This document shows positions 9,619 to 18,966 of a stretch of 32,098 nt of DNA, piece after piece. Position numbers and translations under genes: made by a program. Position 1 is the first letter of the stretch, and each line of letters starts with the position of its first letter. The stretch is from Chitinophagales bacterium (lineage in GTDB: Bacteria > Bacteroidota > Bacteroidia > Chitinophagales > BACL12), in NCBI GenBank assembly GCA_044448625.1, contig JBIOHA010000003.1:1-32098 (forward strand), given 5' to 3'. A model generated the notes under the pieces. That model was not told the origin of the DNA, searched no databases, and saw nothing but the letters and a program-made list of their open reading frames with translations.

Positions 9619-10110
9619 ATGCTGGAACAATTAATCTTGATGGCTCAGGAGAGGTTGGGTGGAATTTCACGCGACATACCTGAATTGAATGATCTGGATA
9701 GTACGCAGGTTACTGATGTTACTTCCCAGACTTTGATCAACACCATAATGCAGCAGGCTAAAAAAGGAAATGTTTTGTCGCTGCGGGAAATGTTATCAGG
9801 CATTGATACACCTGCCGATCATAAAGTAATAGAACGCTTAAAGGATCCCATCATGAACCAGCTGCAAAGCAGGCTTAATATCTCGGGTGAAAGTGCAAAA
9901 CAACTGGCGGTTATTGCATTGCCAATTATTATGAATATGCTAAATCATAAAGTGCAAAACGCAAAAACAGGTGGTTTCAATATTCATGAGGAGATGAATA
10001 CATTAAATACAAGTGGTGGCGGGTTATTGAAAAACATTGTCAATTTATTCGGAGCCAATAATCAGAACTCGCGAACGATCAATACCATTTTGCAAAATCT
10101 CATTCATTAA
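9619..10110 (+). CDS. Hypothetical helical protein (DUF937/YidB-like)
   Basis: ATG 9619 (MLEQLI...) follows a TATATTTA -7-like element. Contains A..LA..ALP.IM and GGGLL..I..LFG patterns. Family call is tentative. Confidence 0.6.
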   Translation: MLEQLILMAQERLGGISRDIPELNDLDSTQVTDVTSQTLINTIMQQAKKGNVLSLREMLSGIDTPADHKVIERLKDPIMNQLQSRLNISGESAKQLAVIALPIIMNMLNHKVQNAKTGGFNIHEEMNTLNTSGGGLLKNIVNLFGANNQNSRTINTILQNLIH

Positions 10111-10135
10111 ACCCGAAAGAACAATACACCGGGTA

Positions 10136-11155
10136 TCAATTCATTTTTTCGAGGGTTGATGCGATCTTATCTGTCATTTCTTCTTTTATATCAAGGTGAG
10201 TTACAAAACGAATCCAATTATCGCCAATGGCAAAGGCGAGAATATTTTGCTTTGCCAGGTGATCGATAAAGCTAATATCATTGATATTGTCGTGCAGTTT
10301 AAAAATGATAATGTTGGTTTCCACCGACAGGATATCGCTTATGAAATTGGTTTGTAGTAATTGCTGTTCAATAAATTTTGCCATCTGATGATCGGATCTC
10401 AACCGTTCAATATTATTTTCCAATGCATAAATGCATGCAGCGGCAATAATACCACCCTGGCGCATACCTCCGCCAAAAACTTTTCTCACTCTTCTTGCTT
10501 TATCGAGAAATTCTTTTTTTCCTGTAAGCACTGAACCTACAGGGCAACCCAGGCCTTTTGAAAAACAAAGTGTGATCGTATCGAAAATATTACCATAAAC
10601 TGCCGGGTCCTGTTTTTCTTCAACAATTGCGTTAAATATCCTCGAACCATCAAGATGTAATTTTAATTGATACTTATCGCAGGTCTTTTTGATCTTCTGC
10701 ATTTCAACTATCGGAAATATTTTTCCACCTCCGCGGTTTACCGTATTTTCCAGTGAAACCAATTTTGTAATTGTTTTGTGAACGTCAACAGGGTTTATGT
10801 TTTTGATAATATCATCAGAAGTAAATACGCCCCGCTCACCTGTGAGATATCTAATACTGCACCCGGAATTAAATGCATATCCCCCAACTTCATAATTATA
10901 AATATGCGAGTAGCGGTCGCAGATAATTTCGTCTAATGGTTGTGTAAGTATTTTTAATGCGATTTGATTCGACATGGTGGCAGTGGGAGTGAACATTGCA
11001 GCTTCTGTTCCAAACATTTTCTGAATTCGATTTTCCAGATCGAGAATAGAAGTATCTTCTCCAAAAACATCGTCGCCCACTTCGGCCTTCATCATATATT
11101 CACGCATCGCCTGTGAAGGTTTCGTTACTGTGTCGCTGCGCAGATCAATGATCAT
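10136..11155 (-). CDS. ltaE: Low-specificity L-threonine aldolase
   Basis: IDLRSDTVTKP, VGDDVFGED, LENTVN, HLDGSRIFNA, CFSKGLGCPVGS (PLP Lys), GGGMRQ, IRFVTH. Confidence 0.95.
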   Translation of the reverse strand: MIIDLRSDTVTKPSQAMREYMMKAEVGDDVFGEDTSILDLENRIQKMFGTEAAMFTPTATMSNQIALKILTQPLDEIICDRYSHIYNYEVGGYAFNSGCSIRYLTGERGVFTSDDIIKNINPVDVHKTITKLVSLENTVNRGGGKIFPIVEMQKIKKTCDKYQLKLHLDGSRIFNAIVEEKQDPAVYGNIFDTITLCFSKGLGCPVGSVLTGKKEFLDKARRVRKVFGGGMRQGGIIAAACIYALENNIERLRSDHQMAKFIEQQLLQTNFISDILSVETNIIIFKLHDNINDISFIDHLAKQNILAFAIGDNWIRFVTHLDIKEEMTDKIASTLEKMN

Positions 11156-11787
11156 AATTTATTTTGGATTTGATCAATAAGCAAAGTAAATAATTCCGGC
11201 TTTAAAATTCCGGGAAAAATAAACCCAAACAAGGCGCCATAGAAATGTGCATCGTGGTTAACATTGTCTTTTCCCGCCTTCCCCATATATGCAGAATAGA
11301 TAAGGTACAATACTCCGAAAACGATAGGAGGCATTGGAATGGGTATCAACATTAACGATATGGCACCTGTAAACGGACCGATTAGAATAACTGCAAATAA
11401 AACTGCTGCAACAGCACCGCTGGCCCCCAACCCGCGATAAGTTGGATCATGCCGGTGTTTAAAATATGAAGGTATATCTGAAACAACCATACCCAAGAGA
11501 TAAATAGCAATATAAACAAGCTTCGCAGATGAGCCGAAAAAGGCAGGCAAATATATTTTTTCCAATGTTTCTCCAAACATATATAAAACGAACATGTTCA
11601 CAGCGAGATGTAAAAAATCAGCATGAATAAATCCACTGGTAATAAACCGGAACCATTCATTCCGTTCGCGGATAGCATATGGATAAAATAAAGCTGTACC
11701 CCGAATAGCCGGGTTGCCAAACGCCAAAATTGATGTTATGGCTGTAAGAATGATTATGAGTAATGTAACAGAAAATCCTTCCATCAA
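11152..11787 (-). CDS. Rhomboid intramembrane serine protease
   Basis: WFRFITSGFIH...HL..NM, GASGA (catalytic Ser), AHFYGA (catalytic His). Confidence 0.95.
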   Translation of the reverse strand: MMEGFSVTLLIIILTAITSILAFGNPAIRGTALFYPYAIRERNEWFRFITSGFIHADFLHLAVNMFVLYMFGETLEKIYLPAFFGSSAKLVYIAIYLLGMVVSDIPSYFKHRHDPTYRGLGASGAVAAVLFAVILIGPFTGAISLMLIPIPMPPIVFGVLYLIYSAYMGKAGKDNVNHDAHFYGALFGFIFPGILKPELFTLLIDQIQNKL

Positions 11788-12245
11788 TGGTGGTATGGTT
11801 CGTTTTTAATAATTGTAAATGCACGGTAAAGCTGCTCAAGAAAAATCACTCGCACAAGTTGATGGGGAAAGGTCATTTTAGAAAGACTCATCTTTTCATT
11901 TGCAAGGGCTTGTATCTCCTCACTAAATCCATGGGCGCCACCAAGTATAAAAATGACATGTTTTTTATTTTCCACCTGTTTTTGTAAAAGGAATTTTGCG
12001 AATGCCGGAGAAGTAAACTCTTTTCCTTTTTCATCCAATAAAATAATATGGTCACCCTTATTAAGGTATTTTTTGAGTAATGCACCTTCTTTCGTTTTCA
12101 TCACAACAGGTGGCAATGATTTAACATCCTGCGTTTCAATCCAGTTGAAGGAACAATAATTGTTCAACCGGCTAACGTATTTCCGGCAATTCTCTGCAAT
12201 AGCTTTATCACTGGTTTTACCTGTGCTGAGAAAAGTGATGTTCAT
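11784..12245 (-). CDS. rlmH: 23S rRNA (pseudouridine1915-N3)-methyltransferase
   Basis: LDEKGKEFTS, FILGGAHGF, SLSKMTFPHQLVR, EQLYRAFTI..NEPYHH. Likely start is ATG 12245 (MNITFLSTGKT). Confidence 0.97.
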   Translation of the reverse strand: MNITFLSTGKTSDKAIAENCRKYVSRLNNYCSFNWIETQDVKSLPPVVMKTKEGALLKKYLNKGDHIILLDEKGKEFTSPAFAKFLLQKQVENKKHVIFILGGAHGFSEEIQALANEKMSLSKMTFPHQLVRVIFLEQLYRAFTIIKNEPYHH

Positions 12246-12251
12246 TTTTAC

Positions 12252-12259
12252 CAAAGATA
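12252..12259 (-). promoter_or_regulatory. -7 promoter element (TATCTTTG) for rlmH-rhomboid-ltaE
   Basis: Exact TAnnTTTG match on the minus strand, 6 nt from ATG 12245. Confidence 0.6.
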
Positions 12260-12327
12260 ATAGTTCAATCCGGTGAGCATTTTTATTCATTTCTAATCAT
12301 CTACCCTAAATATGGTATTCGGCCTAT

Positions 12328-12348
12328 AATTTAGAATTAATCTAAATT
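12328..12348. promoter_or_regulatory. Palindromic operator AATTTAGA-ATTAA-TCTAAATT (Fur/PerR-like box)
   Basis: Perfect 8-5-8 inverted repeat just upstream of a TATATTTG -7 element (12356-12363). The palindrome is seen directly; the regulator identity is inferred. Confidence 0.6.
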
Positions 12349-12381
12349 GAGTAAATATATTTGCGGCTTAAATTCAGATAA

Positions 12382-13233
12382 ATGAAAAATACAAGGATAA
12401 ATATAATTTGCACAAGCCTCATAGGGCTGCTTTTTACAACTAATGTTTTCGCGGGTGACCGTGATTTTACTTATACCTATCAGAGTACGGTACTCGACAA
12501 GGGACATAGAGAGCTGGAGCTCTGGTTTACCTATCTCGATGGCAACAGTTCAGAATTTTATAATGCATTAAATCATCGTGCTGAATTTGAGATAGGCCTC
12601 GGCAAGCATTTTCAAACCGCCTTTTATCTTAATCTCGGGTATTCAGCAATGTTGACCGAAAGGATAACCGGTATTGATATGGAATCAGGAGAATCGCTTA
12701 CGGAGTCGTTTATAGCAAAAGATTTTTCTATGAGCTTTTCCAATGAATGGAAATGGCAGTTGTCTGATCCTGTGGCAAATGGAATTGGTTCTGCGTTATA
12801 CGGAGAATTTACAGTGGCACCTGAAGAATTTGAGATTGAAGGCAAATTGATACTGGATAAAAAGTTCGGGAATTTCGTTACTGCCTTAAACCTTGTAGGT
12901 GAGATTGAATTTGAAGCAGAGCTGGAAGAAGAAATTACAGCATCGGGTGATGTTGAAACCGAATTGGAATGGGAAAAGGAAACCGTTGCAGAAATTATTT
13001 ACGGATTGAGTTACCAGTTTTCTCCCCATTTTTCTGTCGGCCTGGAATTAAAAAATGAAAATGCATTTGAAGAAGATGAAATTGAATCAACGTTTTCTGC
13101 GGGTCCGGCAATTTCATATAAAGGAGAAAATTGGTGGTTTGCATTTACCGCTATGCCTGAAATAAAAAGCTCAGGCGAAGCATCCGGAAATGCGCCGTTT
13201 GAATCGAGGTTAATTTTTTCTTATCATTTTTAA
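12382..13233 (+). CDS. Outer-membrane beta-barrel protein (DUF6662-like putative porin)
   Basis: Signal peptide ending VFA, FTYTYQS.VL.KG..ELE.W, EFE.GL, amphipathic strands, C-terminal FSYHF beta-signal. Confidence 0.7.
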   Translation: MKNTRINIICTSLIGLLFTTNVFAGDRDFTYTYQSTVLDKGHRELELWFTYLDGNSSEFYNALNHRAEFEIGLGKHFQTAFYLNLGYSAMLTERITGIDMESGESLTESFIAKDFSMSFSNEWKWQLSDPVANGIGSALYGEFTVAPEEFEIEGKLILDKKFGNFVTALNLVGEIEFEAELEEEITASGDVETELEWEKETVAEIIYGLSYQFSPHFSVGLELKNENAFEEDEIESTFSAGPAISYKGENWWFAFTAMPEIKSSGEASGNAPFESRLIFSYHF

Positions 13234-13574
13234 TGTTAGGTAAATATCTTTCATATATCTATTGCGTCCTGTTTGCGGTTTTTATTACCTCATGCGGGAC
13301 GCAATTATATATTCCCGGTGAATCTGAAGAAATATATATTCAGCAGCAGCAATCGAAATTTACAGTCGAAGATTTGCGGCAGGGGAGAACCCTTTACGTA
13401 AATGCTTGCGCCGGTTGTCATTATCTTCATTACCCGGATGAGTTTACAATTGCTGAATGGAATAGAATTTATCCTGAAATGAAAACCCGTGTTTATCTTG
13501 AAACTAATGCTTTGGATCAGATCTACTTTTATTTGATAACGGGAGCGAAGGATGCTCAACTAAACAGCCAGTGA
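13233..13574 (+). CDS. Monohaem cytochrome c lipoprotein
   Basis: Lipobox ITSC, GRTLY...CAGCH haem motif, W...YPEM candidate axial Met. Start overlaps the upstream stop (TAATG). Confidence 0.85.
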   Translation: MLGKYLSYIYCVLFAVFITSCGTQLYIPGESEEIYIQQQQSKFTVEDLRQGRTLYVNACAGCHYLHYPDEFTIAEWNRIYPEMKTRVYLETNALDQIYFYLITGAKDAQLNSQ

Positions 13575-13641
13575 AAGAACCGCCGGTGGTGAGAAGAAAC
13601 TATTTGCAGATTATTGAGCTCATCTGATCTCGAGAAAAAAA

Positions 13642-14223
13642 TTATCCAGCAACTACTTCAGCTACGCTTTTTGCGATTGCATTAATAATTGCAGCATTTT
13701 TTTCCTGCCAGTTTTTTGGTGCGTGTACATAAAAAGTAAAACGTGTTTTTGGCGTATCGTAATAATAATATACGTCGCCCGACTGGTGGCAGATTATTCC
13801 CGGATAGCCGTTAGAAAAAACAAAACGGTCTTTGGTTTCGCAAGCTTTTAATTCCATTTCAGCCATCAACTCATTGCCCTGAATATTTTCACCATATACA
13901 CGAAGATCAACTCCTTTTTCTCCGGTTTCGATCATGTATCCATCACCGTTATTACTTTTATCAACCGCTTTCCAGTTATCAGGAATTTCAAATGAAAAAC
14001 TATATCGCTCGCTGATTATCTTTTTGTTTCCAGGTGTTTTTGCATCCTTGTAATTTGCCTCAGTGGATTCATCATCAATTATCTCCTGAACAGACTTTTC
14101 ATCCTTTTGAAATATTGTTGTAGTGGTGTCGGTGGTTTCTTCATCAGGGTTTGCAGATTTATTATTGCATGATGAAACGAGGAACCCAGCAACAATGACA
14201 ATTATTAATTTGATACGGACCAT
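13642..14223 (-). CDS. Hypothetical lipoprotein
   Basis: Lipobox VSSC, T/D-rich linker, YSFSFEIPDNWK segment (PsbP-like start). Lies 9 nt downstream of the reconstructed lepB stop. Confidence 0.75.
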   Translation of the reverse strand: MVRIKLIIVIVAGFLVSSCNNKSANPDEETTDTTTTIFQKDEKSVQEIIDDESTEANYKDAKTPGNKKIISERYSFSFEIPDNWKAVDKSNNGDGYMIETGEKGVDLRVYGENIQGNELMAEMELKACETKDRFVFSNGYPGIICHQSGDVYYYYDTPKTRFTFYVHAPKNWQEKNAAIINAIAKSVAEVVAG

Positions 14224-14232
14224 TTTAATTAA

Positions 14233-15845
14233 TTAAAGGAAATTAAACATGCGTTTCCATCGGATAGTCCTTATACGTTCGCCAACCGGTTTTGTTTTAT
14301 CCCAGCTAAACCATATCAGCACAGGTTTTCCCACAATATGATCTTCGGGAACATATCCCCAGTACCTCGAATCATATGAGCGATGCCTGTTATCACCCAT
14401 CATCCAATAATAATTTTGTTTGAAAGTATATTCCGTTAATAATTTTCCGTCGATATATGGATTTCCTTTTTTATCCTTGTAACCACATTATGTTCGTATG
14501 CTTCAATTACCCGCTGATAGTTATAATAATTGTCTGTAGTTATTTTGATTGTTGCTCCTTTTTTAGGAATCCAGATCGAACTGAAATCATCTACTGAATT
14601 AGCCTGTGCTTTTGGATTATGCGGAAATAATCCGATATACCCATAACGCAACCTGTCGAAATGATTTAATGTTACACTCAAAATCGCAGGATTTTTACTT
14701 AACTCATTTGATTCAGAAATACTCATATTAGCCGTGATGGCTACAGAACTTCCCATCATGAGTGTGTCCTCAAAATCCATTGTATTTAAACCCATGTCAA
14801 TTAGCAACTCTGCACAAGATGGAATACCGAGGTTTTCTTTGAATATGATATCATATGATTTTTGCTGGCGTGGTGCCACATATGCCTTTTTCCCATTTAC
14901 ATATAAGATACCATCTGTTACTGATATCGAATCACCGGGAAGGCCAACGCAGCGCTTTATATAATTATCTCGCTTGTCAACTGGGCGATAAGCCAGTTCA
15001 TCTGATGCCTCATAACGGTCGCGCATTTTATTATAATAAAATTGAAAAGGCTTTTCAGTATTATTATTTTTTCTGTCGTTCATTCTCAACGATTCTGCGT
15101 CATTCATTACCAATGAATAATAACTGTTTTGCTGGTTGGGTAAAAATACCGTGTCGCCTTCCGGGAAATTAAATACGACAATGGAATTATGTTTTATATC
15201 CTCTAATCCCGGAAATCGCATATATGGCAACTGAACTGCATCTGAATATGCTTTTGTTTTGATCAACGGCATTGTATGGTGAGCAAATGGAAATGCAAGT
15301 GGCGTAATTGGAAATCTCGCACCGTAATGAAACTTGCTAACAAACAAAAAATCGCCGGCCTTTAATGTACTTTCCATCGAGGTGGTAGGAATAGTATATG
15401 CTTCAAAAAAGAAAGTGCGGATCAGTGTTGCTGCAACTACTGCAAAGGCAATGGCATCGGCCCATTCTCTGCCAGAGGATTTTTTATGTGCTTTATGTGG
15501 CCCGATATATTTCACCTTATCATCGAAGGCAATTTTTGGGAAATAAATAAATGGTATCATCATCGATGCCACATACGACCAAAATGTTTCTTTCCCAAAA
15601 ACCTTCGATATCTCATTGGCCATAAGCAACCATACCACCACATTCAGAACAGGAATGAGCAGCATAACAAACCACCAGATACTTTTTCCCGTGATCTTTG
15701 TGCAGATATATAAATTGTAAAAAGGCACCAGTGCCTTCCATCCGGGAACTCCTGCTTTTTCAAATAATTTATATAACCCAGCGAGGGTTCCGCCAATGGA
15801 AACAATAAAAAATATCCAATAACCAACGGGAATAATACTTTCCAT
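14233..15845 (-). CDS. lepB: Signal peptidase I with an N-terminal DUF5684-like membrane domain, interrupted by a -1 frameshift near 14466-14478
   Basis: IPTTSME (catalytic Ser) and YIKRCVGLPGD (catalytic Lys) are in the 15845-14436 frame. The -1 frame continues GNPYIDGK...YWMMGDNRHRSYDSRYWGYVPEDHIVGKP...IRWKRMFNFL to a stop at 14233. Confidence 0.93.
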
Positions 15846-15883
15846 TTATAATTTTTAGTGTAAAGAAATTTCTGAACAGGGCA

Positions 15884-15891
15884 CAAAACTA
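15884..15891 (-). promoter_or_regulatory. -7 promoter element (TAGTTTTG) for lepB
   Basis: Exact TAnnTTTG match, 38 nt upstream of ATG 15845. Confidence 0.55.
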
Positions 15892-15998
15892 TATGTTTTC
15901 GATGAATTGGCTGTTTATGTAGATAAGGGGAAGATAGGGGGCTTTGTAAAGTGAGGTCGCCTTAACAGATAAAGATTTAACTGCTAACTGGAATAACT

Positions 15999-17384
15999 TC
16001 AGGGATGTTTGAATAGGACGTACTCTACCGGATAATTATACCATGTTTTCAACCGGGTCCAGTTCTTTTTTAGTTCAAGCTCTGTTTCATACGGAATCTC
16101 ATTCATTAAATTGGAGTAGATAATATATTCACAGCTTTGGACTTCGGATAGGTTTAATTTATTATAGTGGGTGTTGTCGCCATATAAATTTGTTGACCGG
16201 AAAGATTTGTATTCGGGGAAACCTGTATAAACATGATCAGGTGGAATATTGTTTTCCCGAATAAATTTGGCGCCTTCTTCCCTGAATGCGAAATAGGAGA
16301 GATGCGCCAGCGACCCATCGCCCCAGCTATATTCGAATACGGAACTTTTCATTTGAGGATAAGCAAAAAAATGGTGTGCAACAAATACAACCGAAACAAA
16401 AATTACCAGACCTGTTTTCACCCCATGTGATAGAAGTGTGGATGATATTTTTATAAATGCAAGAATAATGAGCAAATGAATGGGCATCATATAACGGATG
16501 AGCACCGAATTGCTAAAAGGAACCATGAATAATCCAAATACAATAATGGTGATCAATAATGTTTTATTTAATTTATAATGCATGAAAGTTTTTGTATTCC
16601 TCATAAAATAAATCAATACGATAATGAATGGAATGATTATTCCAAATTCAATGATTCTAAAAAAGAACTCGACGGGTTTGGCGATGAGCAATTTGCCTGA
16701 AACCAGAGCATGGTCAGCATTCCAGTTGCCACCTGGCGGGAAAAGCCACCATCCGCTTTCACGGTATTGAAAAATAAAATACAGGATACAGGGTATTATT
16801 CCCCCAATGTAGAAAAGACAAACCTTAACTAAATTTCTGAACGTATGCCGGTTAATAGCAATATCTGAAACGAAAAATACTGTTACTATCATCCATCCCC
16901 TTAAACTGATCAGCACCGAGATCAAAATTGCAGCAAACAATATTTTTTTATTGTTAGAGATAATTGCATTCATCCCCCAAAAAAATAATGCGGTAAGTAA
17001 CACGTCTATACTCATCGCAGCAGTTTGTGCAATGATGACCGGATAAAAAATAAAAAGCAAAATTGCCAATGCCTGTTCTTTGCCGGTTAGAAATTTTTTT
17101 GAAAAAGAATGGAATTGAGCGATGAGGAAAAGTGTGGTAACCAGTGTGATAAGATGGGTTACAACTAAAGATCTTCCAAATAATTTCCACATACCCGCAA
17201 CCACCATAGGGTAAAATGGTGGATGTCCTGTTGCCATATCATCAGGTAAAAAAAAATCGGTGAAGTCATTATCAAAAAACCAGGAAGCGGGCAGGCTTAA
17301 AAGTGTAACATGGTCGCCCAAAAATGGCAATGAAAAAACGAAAACAGTAAACATGCAAAAAAATACGATGGCCGCTTTTACCAT
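15999..17384 (-). CDS. GT-C fold (ArnT/PMT-like, GT39/83-like) membrane glycosyltransferase
   Basis: Many TM helices, GHPPFYP motif near the N-terminus, periplasmic C-terminal domain. Likely start is ATG 17384 (track start 17450). Confidence 0.7.
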   Translation of the reverse strand: MVKAAIVFFCMFTVFVFSLPFLGDHVTLLSLPASWFFDNDFTDFFLPDDMATGHPPFYPMVVAGMWKLFGRSLVVTHLITLVTTLFLIAQFHSFSKKFLTGKEQALAILLFIFYPVIIAQTAAMSIDVLLTALFFWGMNAIISNNKKILFAAILISVLISLRGWMIVTVFFVSDIAINRHTFRNLVKVCLFYIGGIIPCILYFIFQYRESGWWLFPPGGNWNADHALVSGKLLIAKPVEFFFRIIEFGIIIPFIIVLIYFMRNTKTFMHYKLNKTLLITIIVFGLFMVPFSNSVLIRYMMPIHLLIILAFIKISSTLLSHGVKTGLVIFVSVVFVAHHFFAYPQMKSSVFEYSWGDGSLAHLSYFAFREEGAKFIRENNIPPDHVYTGFPEYKSFRSTNLYGDNTHYNKLNLSEVQSCEYIIYSNLMNEIPYETELELKKNWTRLKTWYNYPVEYVLFKHP

Positions 17385-17487
17385 GGTCGAGGGACCGGAA
17401 AAAAGCTGTTTAAAGTAACCGGTGGAATTATCAGGTTTTATATTTAGCAAGCGGCCGGATTTTATGACAAGTTGACAGTAATTTCAG

Positions 17488-17495
17488 TAAATTTG
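17488..17495 (+). promoter_or_regulatory. -7 promoter element (TAAATTTG) for the miaB operon
   Basis: Exact TAnnTTTG match, 19 nt upstream of ATG 17515. Confidence 0.6.
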
Positions 17496-17514
17496 CATCA
17501 AACTTAAGCAGAAA

Positions 17515-18963
17515 ATGTACGATAATAACCTAACCCCGCCTGGATCAGGATTGAATATGCTACTGGAAGAGGAGCGACAGGGTGAGGTATTGACTTCAGC
17601 GGTTCTGGAGACAACACATTCGGGTAAAAAGTTTTATATCGAAAGCTATGGATGTGCAATGAATTTCAGCGACAGCGAGATCGTTGCTTCAATTCTACAT
17701 AGCGAAGGTTTTGCTTTGACAAAAAATTATGAAGAAGCCGACCTCATTCTCCTTAATACCTGCGCTATTCGCGAAAATGCAGAGCAAAAGGTTAGGAACA
17801 GGCTAAAAGAACTTAAATCCATTAAAAAAAATAAACCCGATGCTCTTATAGGGATGTTGGGTTGTATGGCCGAAAGGTTGAAGACGGATCTGCTCGAACA
17901 GGAAAAACTGGTGGACATCGTGTGTGGTCCTGATGCTTACCGCGACCTTCCGAAATTAATATCATCAGCAGATGATGGCCACAAGGCTGTTAACGTTTTG
18001 CTGAGCAGGGAAGAAACATATAGCGATATCAGCCCATTGCGATTGGATGCAACAGGAATTTGCGGATTTATATCGATAATGCGAGGCTGTGATAATATGT
18101 GTTCCTTTTGTGTTGTGCCGTTTACACGGGGCAGAGAACGCAGCAGGAATGCATTTTCGATAGTAGCCGAAGCAGAAGAATTATTTAATAACGGATATAG
18201 AGAAGTTACGCTACTTGGGCAAAACGTTGATTCCTATAAATGGGAAAACCCTGAAACAGGGAAAATTATTTCGTTCGCGGAGTTGCTGGTAATGGTTGCA
18301 CATGTTGATCCATTATTGAGAATAAGATTTTCTACATCCCACCCAAAAGATATTACGGATGAAGTGCTTTATGCTATTGCAGAAAATGAAAACATCTGCA
18401 ATTATATTCATCTTCCTGTTCAATCGGGCAACTCCAGGATACTTGAATTGATGAACCGTACTTACGATCGCGAGTGGTATCTGAATAAAATTGATGCTAT
18501 AAAAAGAATTGTCCCCCATTGTGGAATTTCTACCGATGTGATAACCGGTTTTTGCACTGAATCCAATGAAGATCACCAGGACACATTAAGTTTAATGGAA
18601 GAAGTAAAATACGACCTTGCTTATATGTTCTTTTACAGCGAACGCCCCGGAACATTGGCTGCAAGAAAATATCGGGATGATGTTCCACTGGAGGTGAAAA
18701 TGAAAAGGCTGAGTGAAGTAATTGAATTGCAAACAAAACATGCACTCGAAAAAAATACTGCTGATATCGGAAAAACTTTTAAAATTTTAGTGGAAAAAAG
18801 ATCGAAGCGCTCAGAAAAAGATATGTGCGGCAGAACAGATCAGAATAAAATGGTGGTGTTTCCCGCAATAAATATTAACCCCGGTGAGTATGTAAACGTA
18901 ATGATCACCTCTGCAACTTCAGCAACACTATTGGGAGAAATTGTTCAAGAGATAATTATTTGA
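17515..18963 (+). CDS. miaB: tRNA-2-methylthio-N6-dimethylallyladenosine synthase
   Basis: UPF0004 Cys motifs (YGCAMN, NTCAIRE, GCMAE), radical [36 protein letters not shown]-terminal TRAM domain. Confidence 0.98.
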   Translation: MYDNNLTPPGSGLNMLLEEERQGEVLTSAVLETTHSGKKFYIESYGCAMNFSDSEIVASILHSEGFALTKNYEEADLILLNTCAIRENAEQKVRNRLKELKSIKKNKPDALIGMLGCMAERLKTDLLEQEKLVDIVCGPDAYRDLPKLISSADDGHKAVNVLLSREETYSDISPLRLDATGICGFISIMRGCDNMCSFCVVPFTRGRERSRNAFSIVAEAEELFNNGYREVTLLGQNVDSYKWENPETGKIISFAELLVMVAHVDPLLRIRFSTSHPKDITDEVLYAIAENENICNYIHLPVQSGNSRILELMNRTYDREWYLNKIDAIKRIVPHCGISTDVITGFCTESNEDHQDTLSLMEEVKYDLAYMFFYSERPGTLAARKYRDDVPLEVKMKRLSEVIELQTKHALEKNTADIGKTFKILVEKRSKRSEKDMCGRTDQNKMVVFPAININPGEYVNVMITSATSATLLGEIVQEIII

Positions 18964-18966
18964 TTA

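Noticed and set aside
14233-15845. lepB as a true pseudogene
   Set aside because: There is a single lesion and all catalytic motifs are intact on both sides. An assembly error or recoding is more plausible for a normally essential gene.
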